Virus record (IMG/VR): IMGVR_UViG_3300044712_001597
Span: 1,687-65,686 of that record
Strand: one strand, 5' to 3'
Source of the DNA: a virus
Taxonomy: Duplodnaviria; Caudoviricetes
DNA length: 64,000 bases
Position 1 is the first letter of the stretch. Every line of letters begins with the position of its first letter. The notes under the pieces were generated by a model, which was not told where the DNA came from, did no database searches, and saw only the letters and a list, made by a program, of their open reading frames with translations. A program made the position numbers and the translations under genes. This document shows, in pieces, positions 46,681 through 56,389 of the stretch.

Positions 46681-48477
46681 TTACACGGGTTCGAGTCCGG
46701 CTCCGGCGTTGTAGAGTAGGGTGATTTCTTCGTCCGTGAGAGCGCGGTTCCAGATGCCCGCTGCGTCGATCTTGCCAACCCATTTGAGTGAGCCGTGGAG
46801 ACTGAGCGCGGGAGAAAACTCGTCTGGGATCGGCCAAGTGAGTGAAGGGTCAACTTCAGTCAACACTTTTACTCCATCGACCCATAGGTCGATAGTCTTA
46901 GCCGACCGATGCGACACAACAGCGATGTGATACCACTGATCGGCGGACAACGCGCCAGCGGTCAACCCCATCGCTTGCGGATACACAGCAATATCCCACC
47001 CACTCGGTCCGGGCTTTAGGAACACCGGGGAATCACTCTCCGGCGTATTAAAAATGACATGCTCGCCAGAACCAGCCGACAAATACACCCACGCACTCAA
47101 CGAAAAATTCTCTGATCCGATGTTGACTGAGCCAGATTGCAACCAGTTCGTGCCGTCAAACTCTGCCGCATCCCCGATTTTACCCGGGCCGAACGTCACG
47201 CCATTGTTATTCGTCAGCGTGTTACCGTTGCCGCTTGCGTCGGCGAGGTCGGAGAGCTTCCAGAAAGCAAGCAGCCCAGCAAGCGGAAACCCCGGATCAT
47301 AAACAACGCCGGAGGCGTTGCTCGCAGACGAAACAGAAGTTCCGTTTGCGTTAGCAGCCGAAACCATGCACCGCACTTGCTTGTGCAGGTCTTGCGCTCC
47401 TAGCACGTAGGTCTGATTCGTAGCCCCCGCCACGTTTTGCCAACTGTGAATCTCTCCGAAGTTCCGGTTCGTAATGTTGAGTTCCCCGTTACCCCCGTCG
47501 CTTTCGGGTTCGGCATCTGGTTCGGTTTCCCAGACGACTCGGACCTTTGTGTCGTCGAAGACTTCGGCAAAGAGGATGCCCCCTGCGCTGCCCCAATCGT
47601 TGAGCAGATCGGCCAGCGCGATTGCGCCTTCGGCTTGGGTTTCCCACACAGCGGATTGGCTGTCAGGGCCGAGGAGTTCCCACTTAGCTCCTCCGGCGGC
47701 AGAAATGGGTTGAAGTTCCGTGACATTCCCGAATGGGACGACGGCGTTGCCATTGGAAAGCACAGCCGCAGCATCGCCGATGATCTCGACCTCAGTGATC
47801 GCGAGCGCCCGGCGCTGCCACTGATAGGAAAAGGCTGTGGGGTTTCCCGTCCACGAGCCGTTGGTCGCCGTGAGCGTGCTGCCCTGCGCGGGAGTGCCGG
47901 AAATCGTCGGCGCGACAAGGTTGATCGGTCGAGTTCCGCTCGCGAGGATGCGCCAGCCGGTATCGGCTCCGACATAGAGCAGTCGGAAGAATGTGCCCGC
48001 TGCATTATTGACGAAATCGACCTGCACTCCCTCAATGAGATGGCCGTTGCGAGCGACCACGATTGGATCACTGGCCCATTGACCGAATGCGTCGGCTACG
48101 TCGATCCAGTCTCCGATCTGAGGGGTGTTTGGCAGCGTGAGTGTAAGCCCGCCCAGCGCTGCGTAGGCAGACATTGGAAGGACGGATGCCGACTCGGTGA
48201 GGAGGGTGTAGGGTCCGCCAGAGCCTGTGCTCTGCTCAACCCAGGTCGCTTGTCCAGGAGCAGAGTTAACGCACACCCACCGCCGAGAACCGAAAATCCA
48301 AAGAGAACCGCGGCGAAAATGTTGATTGGCGTCATCGTAGGACGCCGGAGGACGAGAGGCCTGCAGATTATTGCGGCGATAGACGGAAGTCGCTCCACCG
48401 GCCTCGAGCGTGAAATCTCGTATCTCCGTGGCGCCGCTGATTACCGTGGAAGGAGCAAGTTTAGATCCGGAAGACAT
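46681..48477 (-). CDS. Fibre/decoration protein with Ig-like and C-terminal LamG (concanavalin-like) domain
   Basis: LTLPNTPQIGD; APTISGTP...YQWQR; FWKL..DASGNGN...WYHIAVV...IWNRAL. Confidence 0.8.
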   Translation of the reverse strand: MSSGSKLAPSTVISGATEIRDFTLEAGGATSVYRRNNLQASRPPASYDDANQHFRRGSLWIFGSRRWVCVNSAPGQATWVEQSTGSGGPYTLLTESASVLPMSAYAALGGLTLTLPNTPQIGDWIDVADAFGQWASDPIVVARNGHLIEGVQVDFVNNAAGTFFRLLYVGADTGWRILASGTRPINLVAPTISGTPAQGSTLTATNGSWTGNPTAFSYQWQRRALAITEVEIIGDAAAVLSNGNAVVPFGNVTELQPISAAGGAKWELLGPDSQSAVWETQAEGAIALADLLNDWGSAGGILFAEVFDDTKVRVVWETEPDAEPESDGGNGELNITNRNFGEIHSWQNVAGATNQTYVLGAQDLHKQVRCMVSAANANGTSVSSASNASGVVYDPGFPLAGLLAFWKLSDLADASGNGNTLTNNNGVTFGPGKIGDAAEFDGTNWLQSGSVNIGSENFSLSAWVYLSAGSGEHVIFNTPESDSPVFLKPGPSGWDIAVYPQAMGLTAGALSADQWYHIAVVSHRSAKTIDLWVDGVKVLTEVDPSLTWPIPDEFSPALSLHGSLKWVGKIDAAGIWNRALTDEEITLLYNAGAGLEPV

Positions 48478-48489
48478 GAGAAATTGAAA

Positions 48490-48596
48490 GTTGAAACTGA
48501 ATTTCCTGGATGGTTAGATTCTTAGCCCTCGCGAACAGATGTCATGAGCTACAACCATCGCGCTAAGAAGAGCTAACCATCCAGGAAAGAGTTCAA
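48490..48596 (-). other. Long imperfect hairpin between capsid and fibre genes
   Basis: TTTCCTGGATGGTTAG/CTAACCATCCAGGAAA (16 bp), TTCTTAGC/GCTAAGAA and CGCGA/TCGCG. Confidence 0.8.
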
Positions 48597-48607
48597 TCAG
48601 TGTTGAA

Positions 48608-49816
48608 TTAGAGTCCCGTCGAAGAACTCAGGCAGGTTTCCAACCCCGTATCGAACGGGCAGCGCTCGTAGGCGAAGGGAACCACCGCGTGGGGACGAAT
48701 CGGCTGGTATGCGCGACTGATCTGGTAGATGTGTTGACCGTAGTCAAGGAACAAGTTGCAGTCGTTGTCGCGTTGAGCCACCCACTCGAGCTCACCCATG
48801 TGCAGCTGCGGAGCGAACTTGAAGGATCCTTCTCCAACGTACCTCTCGGGAGTCAACCGAGAGAAGCTTTCTCCGGCGACCAAGAAGCCAATTTCGTACT
48901 TCGCCTTGACCCACGCCGGATTACGGCGGGCAGCTTTTCCGTTGGTTGCGGCCACTCCAACTTCGGGCTCAAGGAGCACGGGATTGCCGTTTCCGTCGAG
49001 AACGTTGAAGCGCAGAGGCTGCGAGTCGACGCCGAAGGCAAAACCCCGGTATCCCTTGAACTGATAGCCGGCGATGGACTCCTCGCCGAGCTTGAAGGAT
49101 CCCGTGGTGAGTGCGATCAGGTCTTCCTTGACGTCCGCGTCGTTACGGAACGACTCGATTTGGTCGATGGAGGCGAGCACCATGAAGAAGTCACCTTGTG
49201 CCGTGCCAAACGGATCGGCAAGAAGATCTTCACGGAGCACAGAACCCAAGCGGTAAAGCGACTTGAAGCTCATTTGCGCGTCCGGGAGGGCCGCATAGAA
49301 CTTCGTGTCGACTTGCTGGGCGTCGCCGGTGATCAGGTTATCGAACGAGACTCCCTTCTTGGCCAAGAACTTGACGCCCGAGCGGAACAGAAGAGTCGCC
49401 CGGATGTCGGCGTTCATGATCTTAAGGATGCCTTTCTCCAAGGCCATCTGAGCCTGGAGGTAAGCGCCCTTGAAGGCCGTGCGGCTCGTCTTGATGCAGA
49501 CGCGAGGACCGCGACCGCGGAGAGACTGGAGCTGGTATTGGTACTCAGTCGAACCCACTTCATCGGCATCGGCGCCGGTGCCGCAGAGTTCCACGTCGTT
49601 AGTGAAGGTGGGATTCGCAAGACTCGACTGCATGACAGCCTGCTCTTGAACCACCGAGCGGACCACCTCCGAAACATTCGGAATAGTTCCGCCCTTGAGG
49701 ACGTTCATGTAGGGAGACTTGCGAGCGAGAACTTTCGCGATCTGCCCAACGATTCGGTTTGCATCTTTCGTGGCAAAGTTTTGCACGGCCGAAAGATCGA
49801 TACATTCATTAGCCAT
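48608..49816 (-). CDS. Major capsid protein
   Basis: 402 aa; strongly biased codons; downstream of portal and scaffold; own promoter and leader. Confidence 0.75.
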   Translation of the reverse strand: MANECIDLSAVQNFATKDANRIVGQIAKVLARKSPYMNVLKGGTIPNVSEVVRSVVQEQAVMQSSLANPTFTNDVELCGTGADADEVGSTEYQYQLQSLRGRGPRVCIKTSRTAFKGAYLQAQMALEKGILKIMNADIRATLLFRSGVKFLAKKGVSFDNLITGDAQQVDTKFYAALPDAQMSFKSLYRLGSVLREDLLADPFGTAQGDFFMVLASIDQIESFRNDADVKEDLIALTTGSFKLGEESIAGYQFKGYRGFAFGVDSQPLRFNVLDGNGNPVLLEPEVGVAATNGKAARRNPAWVKAKYEIGFLVAGESFSRLTPERYVGEGSFKFAPQLHMGELEWVAQRDNDCNLFLDYGQHIYQISRAYQPIRPHAVVPFAYERCPFDTGLETCLSSSTGL

Positions 49817-49957
49817 AACGATTTCTTTCTTTTTGAGGTTGAAGCTGACGGTTGTCTACTCTTCGTCCTCGGCACGTTAGGACTGATTGCGGCCTGTGCG
49901 TCTTACACTAACACTCTAAGACTGAGTAGCTCGTGCGTGAGCCATTCGATGATGTAG

Positions 49958-49997
49958 CCTATAACTCGGAAAAGGCCGACAGGTAAACAAAAAAATT
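49958..49997 (-). promoter_or_regulatory. Capsid gene promoter (variant of the phage promoter)
   Basis: Minus strand reads TTTTTTTG-TTTACC-18nt-TATAGG. Confidence 0.6.
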
Positions 49998-50717
49998 CTA
50001 CTTGAGCAAGATTTCGCGAGCGTGTTCTCGAGCCGACCCGTCTTTGATTCCGTGCAGCCAAGAAGCGCCAGACTTTTTCCAGCGCAGAAATTCTTCTCGA
50101 GCGATAGAAGGAACTTTCCAAATGCTTCGGATGTGATGCGTGTCCGCCCATCCCAGAGACTCGAAGACTGGAGCGTGATGAGTATCCCATCCTTCATGTT
50201 GCCCGCAGCCGACCAGCGAAGAGTGAAGCGAAACCAGTTTCACATCAAACAACGCATTTCCATTGATGTGCCCGCAGTGTGATCCGCTATTGAGCCAGTG
50301 TCCAACTACCACAGCGTCAGGATGCTCGTGCCAAGCTTTACACAGGCGAACATCCCAGTCCAGCGCAAGAGGAACAGCATCTCCTTCGGTTGTGAGAACG
50401 GCGGAGTAGTCCATCTTGCGCGTGCGATGAAGCTCGTGCACCCAGTGCATCAAGTCATGCCAGACTCCATTTGCTCCGGCAGGATAGCCGATTTCGCGAC
50501 GGCGGGTTCGATGAACCCAAACGCGATCGAAGACTTTTTCGAGATCTTTGCAGAGACCGAAGTGAAAGTTGCGGCAGTCAAAGCGCGTCACCAGAGCGAT
50601 GTCGCTATACTGATACCGCGTAGAAGCAGGAGCGAGCTCAATGAGAAGGCGAGCGAGATCTTCGCTCTCTTCAATGTCTCCTTCCCATGCCTGAATTGCG
50701 GTGAGAATCTTTTTCAT
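49998..50717 (-). CDS. Glycosyltransferase-like protein (GT-A)
   Basis: GYPAGAN, TTEGDAVPL (ExD), HINGNALF, GWD. Confidence 0.55.
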   Translation of the reverse strand: MKKILTAIQAWEGDIEESEDLARLLIELAPASTRYQYSDIALVTRFDCRNFHFGLCKDLEKVFDRVWVHRTRRREIGYPAGANGVWHDLMHWVHELHRTRKMDYSAVLTTEGDAVPLALDWDVRLCKAWHEHPDAVVVGHWLNSGSHCGHINGNALFDVKLVSLHSSLVGCGQHEGWDTHHAPVFESLGWADTHHIRSIWKVPSIAREEFLRWKKSGASWLHGIKDGSAREHAREILLK

Positions 50718-50718
50718 G

Positions 50719-51621
50719 TTATATCGAGTTGAAGTTTGACGTGTGCAGTCCGTACACCGCGAAACCGACATGCGGCACATGCAAACGCGTATCGACATAC
50801 GGTTGGATTCCGCACTCACGAGCGCGGGCGCAAAATGCGATATCCTCTCCGCGACCGTCCGTCATCGGCTGAAAGAAGTTCCAAGGCATTCCAGACTGAG
50901 AAGGCGCGAGTTCTGGAAAACGTTCTTGCATGAGCTCGAAAACTTTTCGAGAAACGAGCAGGCAGCCGGTCCCGACCCAGTCGCATGGAAGAATGGTGTC
51001 TCGGAACTCCGCCGCCAACTCGCGATAGCGAGAATCAGTAGAGAGCGAGTTGACAGAACCCGCTGACGGCTGACGACCAAAGTACGTCGCACCAACCAAA
51101 TCTCGGTTGTGGCTCAACAAACGGTCGATCGTCTGCAGTCCGGCAGAAGAATCTGGGAAGTTTGCAGGAAGCCGGCACATCTGCCGCAAGAAGGACGGAC
51201 GGCCGATGGGAATGATCATGTCATCGTCGATGAAGAGCATCCACTTGGCGTCAGTAGCCAAGAACTTCATCGCCAGACGATTGCGGGCGTGGTAGATCAT
51301 TCCATCTCCAAGCTCCATATCGAACCGGACGCGCTCTTTGCCGTAATCGAGAGCAATGGCCGCAAGAGTCCAAGCGGTCGCCGGATTCGTGAACTTGTAC
51401 GACGGAAATGCAACGAAAACGTCCCTTCCGGTCCACTCGTCTAGAAACTGGCGCAACGCGTCCTGCGAATTCGTTTCTACGGGCGTCGTAGAGTCATCCA
51501 GGTTGGACGAGGCGTGACTTTCTTCCTTCGAGTGCGTGGTTTCTCGGTCGACTGGAATGGGACTCTCCTCGAGACTCGAGGTGACTTTCCGCTTGATTTT
51601 GAGTTTGGATGTAGAAGCCAT
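50719..51621 (-). CDS. GT2-like glycosyltransferase
   Basis: ARNRLA, FIDDDM (DxD), VGTGCLL, GEDIAFC, PHVG. Confidence 0.85.
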   Translation of the reverse strand: MASTSKLKIKRKVTSSLEESPIPVDRETTHSKEESHASSNLDDSTTPVETNSQDALRQFLDEWTGRDVFVAFPSYKFTNPATAWTLAAIALDYGKERVRFDMELGDGMIYHARNRLAMKFLATDAKWMLFIDDDMIIPIGRPSFLRQMCRLPANFPDSSAGLQTIDRLLSHNRDLVGATYFGRQPSAGSVNSLSTDSRYRELAAEFRDTILPCDWVGTGCLLVSRKVFELMQERFPELAPSQSGMPWNFFQPMTDGRGEDIAFCARARECGIQPYVDTRLHVPHVGFAVYGLHTSNFNSI

Positions 51622-51633
51622 GGGTCAAAAAGA

Positions 51634-52947
51634 TTAAAGATCCGACTCTGCGGCGCTCAAACCGCGCTCCACCGCTTCTTCGTCCGACAACTTGGCCTGC
51701 GAAGAAGCCGCGTCTTCTGCTGTTTTCACCGCGGGGCGAGAAGAAGGCAGACGAGAAGCTTTGCGAATCTGAGAAAGCTCGGCTTCGAGTTTCTTGCGGG
51801 TCTCAACTTCGGCGTCATACTGCTTCTTCAGGCCCTCCAGCGCGTTAGCCAGATGGATGGAAGCGGCAGCAGCAGCGGCGACTTCTGCTCGAGACTTCGG
51901 GTTCGCCGGGTAGAGGGCTTGCTTGAAGTTGGCTTCGAGTTGTTCCACGCTCTTATTGTGCTGCTCGATTTCTTCGCGTTCTTTCTTGCTGGCATTCTCT
52001 GGAATCTCTCGATAGCGAGCCCACGGAGTGTCTTTCGTGAGCGCGTCGAGATGTTCTTCGATTTGAGTCTGCTCAGCTTCGAAACGCTGTCTCTCTTGCT
52101 CCTCTTGCGACTTGAGATAGGACTCGCGATCTTCGGCGAACTTTCCAAGCTCTTTTTGACGCTGCTCGGCAATGTCCACGCGCTGAGCGAGACGCTGCTC
52201 CAACCGAGTGCGATCGATGGCGGGAAGCTTCGACAAGATCGCGGAGTCCCACCACTTCGGATCCACGCGATCGAGTCCGATTTCACGGAGCTTGTCGGCT
52301 TGCTCTTTCGGCAGACCGCGCTGTTGCAGAAGCTCGAACACCGACTCGTCAACGGCGCTCAGCTTCTCATCAAACTGCTTCTTGAACTCTGGATCGTTCT
52401 CCGTGTCGAAAATCTTGCGGAACCGACGGAGCTCGGTGAGTTCTTTTTCCACGGGCTCCGGAAGAGCGCGAGAAGTGGTCAGTTCGGCAACTCGGGCTTC
52501 GAGCTCGTCCACTCGAGCAGCCTTAGTCTTGAAGTGCTTTGCGACTTCGCGCAGTTTGTCGAAGTTGACAAGATTGCGCGGGCTGACATTCGCTGGAGCC
52601 TTGATCGCGTCCAAATCAAGCTCCTCGAGATCCTTCTCACTGGACTTCTCCTCAGGCTTTTCTTCAGGCTTCTCCTCAGGCTTTTCTTCAGGCTTCTCCT
52701 CAGGCTTTTCTTCAGGCTTCTCCTCAGGCTTTTCTTCAGGCTTTTCTTCAGGCTTCTCCTCAGGCTTTTCTTCGGGCTTTTCTTCGGGCTTTTCTTCGGG
52801 CAGAGGATCATCGTCCAGTCCGGCGAGACGCATCGCTTCGTCGAGAGAATTGATGTGCTCGTTGGTGGGAACTTCGGTTGACTCCAGATGGAGATCGTTG
52901 GGGATCACGGAATCAGTGACGGACGCGGGTGCGGTGGACTTTGGCAT
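51634..52947 (-). CDS. Capsid scaffolding protein
   Basis: Acidic coiled-coil protein between portal and capsid. Confidence 0.7.
   Translation of the reverse strand: MPKSTAPASVTDSVIPNDLHLESTEVPTNEHINSLDEAMRLAGLDDDPLPEEKPEEKPEEKPEEKPEEKPEEKPEEKPEEKPEEKPEEKPEEKPEEKPEEKSSEKDLEELDLDAIKAPANVSPRNLVNFDKLREVAKHFKTKAARVDELEARVAELTTSRALPEPVEKELTELRRFRKIFDTENDPEFKKQFDEKLSAVDESVFELLQQRGLPKEQADKLREIGLDRVDPKWWDSAILSKLPAIDRTRLEQRLAQRVDIAEQRQKELGKFAEDRESYLKSQEEQERQRFEAEQTQIEEHLDALTKDTPWARYREIPENASKKEREEIEQHNKSVEQLEANFKQALYPANPKSRAEVAAAAAASIHLANALEGLKKQYDAEVETRKKLEAELSQIRKASRLPSSRPAVKTAEDAASSQAKLSDEEAVERGLSAAESDL
52645..52800 (-). repeat. 12-bp coding tandem repeat (about 13 x PEEK)
   Basis: Alternating GGCTTCTCCTCA and GGCTTTTCTTCA units. 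Confidence 0.95.
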
Positions 52948-52965
52948 AGGATGGTTGGGTTGAGA

Positions 52966-53226
52966 TTACATTTCTCTGAAGCCAGGATCGACTGGCGTCG
53001 GAGGTTGCCGTTCTTTAAGCGAAAGAATGAAGTCCACAGCCGCTTCGTAACCAGCACGAAAACAAGCGAGCCGCGAAACTGCGTTGTCGTCATTTTTCAG
53101 AGCGATGTCGGGGGTGATCGCCGCGGGACATCCGTTCATCGCTGTTTCTTTGAATTTTTGAGGCGAAACGCGACTGAAAAAATCGCGAGTCGCCACACTA
53201 TCTTCGGGTTTCCACTGGTTGCTCAT
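52966..53226 (-). CDS. Hypothetical protein
   Basis: Small gene between portal and scaffold. Confidence 0.6.
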   Translation of the reverse strand: MSNQWKPEDSVATRDFFSRVSPQKFKETAMNGCPAAITPDIALKNDDNAVSRLACFRAGYEAAVDFILSLKERQPPTPVDPGFREM

Positions 53227-53252
53227 GATACGTAAAACGTGGTCGCCGAGGT

Positions 53253-55550
53253 TCAGGACGAGACTACCCCTCGAGGCGGAGTCGGACGAACGGGATCGGC
53301 CACGGATTGAATTGACTGCTGGGGAGCCGGGACCAAGCTTGGCATTGGCGGAGCATCTTGCGCGACTTCCGTGGCTGGAACTACTCCGGGTTGAAGAGCA
53401 GAAGCAGTGGCTTGGTAAGCTTGTTGATCCACAGGCGGAAGAGGAATTATTTGCTCGAGCTGAGCGAGTAGGGCTTGAGCGTCGGCGAGTTGGTCGGGAG
53501 GAACTCCTTTCTGCGTCGCGGATTGAACGTGCGCAGTCGTGTGCTCGGCCACGGCGATGAAAAACTGTTGGCTGGTCAACAGCGGATTCACCTGCAGATT
53601 TTCGAGCATAGGAAGAACTCGCGAGACGATCACCGCCAAATGCACGACGTCGTCATCTGTGGGATCGACTGGCATGCTAGCGAAGTCATTCAGCATGGAA
53701 GTCAGCTCCATCAGCTGTGTGCGCTGCTGCTTAAGCGGGCTCAGCGGATTCAAGTCGACGTTGAGCAATCGTTCGGCGGCTCCTGCTCCGAGCTTCGACG
53801 ACAGGTGACGGCGTTTAAGCTCAACGGCATCGACGAGAGGGTCTGCCGCGTAACTTGCAACCACCATATCGAGAATGCCGGACTGCGATGCGATGGCGTC
53901 GTCAACGTTCGCGCGGCTGGAGGTATTCGCGAGAACGAGTATCTCAGGACCCGTGAGTCCTTCAAGAAGCATCTCAGTAACGCACTTCACCGCATCGGCG
54001 TCGAGTTCTTCAGGAATTGAAGCCAAGAAAAATTGCTCGGCATATCCTGCTTGGGTAAGCGCTTGGTAAAGTTCGGCGTCGTAAATAATCTCGGCAGAAT
54101 TACTCAGCGCGCGGTACTCTTGGACAATCGCCTCGGCAGCTGCAACGTTTTCAGGAAGACAAATACGGCGCTGAATCTCGTCGATGCTGTTGAATGTCTG
54201 ATCCGCGTAGCGGGCAAGTACTCCGGCTCGAATCTGAGCGTCGATGGACGCGACATAGTTGACTTCGGAGGCTGTTCGTCGCTCGCCCGCTTCGTTGACG
54301 ATTTGGCCGGGCATGAATGCGCCGACTTGAATCTCAGCTTGCGAAGTAGAATGCCGGTCAAGAGCGAAAAAGGCTTCGGAGTTGACTTCAAACTTGACGT
54401 TCTCAACTACGTCATATCCATCGCCAAGTACCGCGAAAGGATGATTGACAGAGAGTCCTGGAGTTTCAGTCGCTCCGCTTCCGGCTTTGGTCGTGCGCTT
54501 GAGCAGCAAGAGACCAGAAAGATGAAGCGCGTCGTTGATCAAGTTGCGAGACTGTTCGACCGAGACGTGCGTGTTGTAGAGAGTTCGTCCTGCTCCGCGC
54601 GAACCGTGGAGAGTACGATCGCCGACCTCGGCAGAGAACAGAGCAAGAATGTGCTCCATCTTGGCGTAGCGGCCACGCCGGAAGAAAAGTCCTTTGCCGT
54701 CGTCGCGGTCAAAGATGTAGTGATCCACTCCGCCTTGAGGATTCTGCACGAACAGATGCCCGGTCTTTACGACGCGAATAGTGGAAGTGAAACTCGAAGC
54801 CAGGTTATTCTCGCGAATGAGGTCTTCGTAGACTCGAGCGTTTTCGTCTGTGCTTTTGTCATCGAATTGCTTACTCGCCGAGTTGAGCTTCGCGACCAAG
54901 GCTTTCACTCTCCATCCTGCAGCTTCAGCAGCTTCGGGTCTTTTGAGAATCTCCGCGATTTCGTCGACGTAATAGTCTTTCTTGCGGGCCCAGGTTTTGC
55001 ACTCCTTCGCAAGCTGCGGACAGCCGACGTAGAACAAGGCTTCGTCTTGGCGGCAGAGCTCCGGCTTCCACGAGTAGTCATCGTTCCACGTGACGGCTGC
55101 GTAGCCGTAACCGACATTCTCATCAATGAGCTGTTGTTGATAATCGGACCAACCAGACCAAGAGCGAATGGTGTCGGTAATCTTTTTGCGGAAAATGTCT
55201 TGCTTCGCTTCTTTGTCTTGCGCGCCTGGAAACCGAGAGAAAGTTAAGAGTGGAAGCTGGTCCACCATCTGCTTGTAGGGAGGAGCAATGCGCTTGAGCA
55301 TCGCGGACATGAAGCCGGTCGGGCGATTGCTTCTCCACGACTGACCTGCCGCTTTTAGTTTCCGAGGATTCCAAGGTTGCTCATTGTTGATCTTGCGAGC
55401 GATGGCTGCGTTTTTGCGATTCCTCTCCTTGTTGTCCTGGACGAAGTTCTTGTAAATCGCATGCGCCTGCGTAAAACCAATCACGCCAGACTCGAGCTCG
55501 AGTGTCTCGGGGTTGATGACGTTTTTTGACTCTGTCAGATCGGCAGACAT
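53253..55550 (-). CDS. Portal protein
   Basis: 765 aa; downstream of terminase; RTASEV motif of podoviral portals; DDDVVH. Confidence 0.75.
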   Translation of the reverse strand: MSADLTESKNVINPETLELESGVIGFTQAHAIYKNFVQDNKERNRKNAAIARKINNEQPWNPRKLKAAGQSWRSNRPTGFMSAMLKRIAPPYKQMVDQLPLLTFSRFPGAQDKEAKQDIFRKKITDTIRSWSGWSDYQQQLIDENVGYGYAAVTWNDDYSWKPELCRQDEALFYVGCPQLAKECKTWARKKDYYVDEIAEILKRPEAAEAAGWRVKALVAKLNSASKQFDDKSTDENARVYEDLIRENNLASSFTSTIRVVKTGHLFVQNPQGGVDHYIFDRDDGKGLFFRRGRYAKMEHILALFSAEVGDRTLHGSRGAGRTLYNTHVSVEQSRNLINDALHLSGLLLLKRTTKAGSGATETPGLSVNHPFAVLGDGYDVVENVKFEVNSEAFFALDRHSTSQAEIQVGAFMPGQIVNEAGERRTASEVNYVASIDAQIRAGVLARYADQTFNSIDEIQRRICLPENVAAAEAIVQEYRALSNSAEIIYDAELYQALTQAGYAEQFFLASIPEELDADAVKCVTEMLLEGLTGPEILVLANTSSRANVDDAIASQSGILDMVVASYAADPLVDAVELKRRHLSSKLGAGAAERLLNVDLNPLSPLKQQRTQLMELTSMLNDFASMPVDPTDDDVVHLAVIVSRVLPMLENLQVNPLLTSQQFFIAVAEHTTAHVQSATQKGVPPDQLADAQALLAQLEQIIPLPPVDQQAYQATASALQPGVVPATEVAQDAPPMPSLVPAPQQSIQSVADPVRPTPPRGVVSS

Positions 55551-55556
55551 AGCAAA

Positions 55557-55787
55557 TTACCAGAGAGCTTCAGGGCAAGACTCGGTTGAGAAAAGAATTT
55601 TTGCGCGAATGAGGCATAAACACTTAGAACATTGGACACCATCTCGATAATCGCAAGAATCGCAGATGGACAATCTTTTTTTCTTGGTAGCAGCATCTAC
55701 GAAGGCGCTCTCTCCATGCGAAACTTTCTCAATGATCCGTCCTGCAGCCTGCGCAGCGGTCTTGAAAGCCTCAGGTTGAAGTTTCAT
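55557..55787 (-). CDS. Cys-rich small protein (DUF6171-like)
   Basis: RLSICDSC...CSKCLC...K...CP..LW. Confidence 0.65.
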   Translation of the reverse strand: MKLQPEAFKTAAQAAGRIIEKVSHGESAFVDAATKKKRLSICDSCDYRDGVQCSKCLCLIRAKILFSTESCPEALW

Positions 55788-56389
55788 CGCAGCCAGCAGT
55801 GAGATGGAAGATCGGGGCTGCTCGCGAGATTGGAGCGTCGCAGCCACACGGCGGCTCGATTTTCATGCCCGAGAATTTGACAAGCTCGCAGTTTCTTTCC
55901 GGGACGAGTATCTTGTCCGCAGCGTAGAATCGTGGACATGCGGTTGACGGCGTCCACGCAGGTGGAGCAAGAACTGTTCCAGCGAACGTTGTAAGGACAG
56001 CGCGAACAAATCTCGGCGCGTCGCTCAGCTTCCGACTTCAGTTCGAGATTCTCAATGGAGTGGTTTTCAATGCGAGAATCGAGCCACTCGAGCATGCGAT
56101 CCGTGAGCGTGACGATTTGCTTGGGAAGCGAGTACTTGACTTCCACCGTGACGGAGGCTCCAGGAACCCGATGGCACATGTGCGGAAAGTTTGAGCAGAT
56201 ATACTCCTCAACTTCTGCTTCGACGTCGCCGATGGGAATGACGTTGTCTGCCCGGAACTTGATGACTGCTTGGATCAGCTGCTGATACGAGTTGGATCGC
56301 AGTGGAGAGGGAAGCGGTTTTCCTGTGCGGTCCAGCACGGGAAAGTGCCAGCCTCCAGGCATCACAATGGAATCAATCACTCGGCTCAT
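55784..56389 (-). CDS. Cys-rich hypothetical protein
   Basis: PGGW; RRAEICSRCPYN...CSTC...C...CW. Confidence 0.65.
   Translation of the reverse strand: MSRVIDSIVMPGGWHFPVLDRTGKPLPSPLRSNSYQQLIQAVIKFRADNVIPIGDVEAEVEEYICSNFPHMCHRVPGASVTVEVKYSLPKQIVTLTDRMLEWLDSRIENHSIENLELKSEAERRAEICSRCPYNVRWNSSCSTCVDAVNRMSTILRCGQDTRPGKKLRACQILGHENRAAVWLRRSNLASSPDLPSHCWLR

Noticed and set aside
49855-49930. Cloverleaf-like fold as a tRNA
   Set aside because: No T-loop GTTC, D-loop or anticodon-arm consensus; treated as a structured leader instead.
52645-52800. Regular short repeats that might suggest a CRISPR array
   Set aside because: They are 12-bp in-frame units encoding PEEK with no unique spacers; a low-complexity scaffold linker.
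48689-55247. Long + strand ORFs (48689..49957, 51514..52881, 54033..55247)
   Set aside because: They are antisense shadows of capsid, scaffold and portal genes caused by codon bias; no recognisable motifs.
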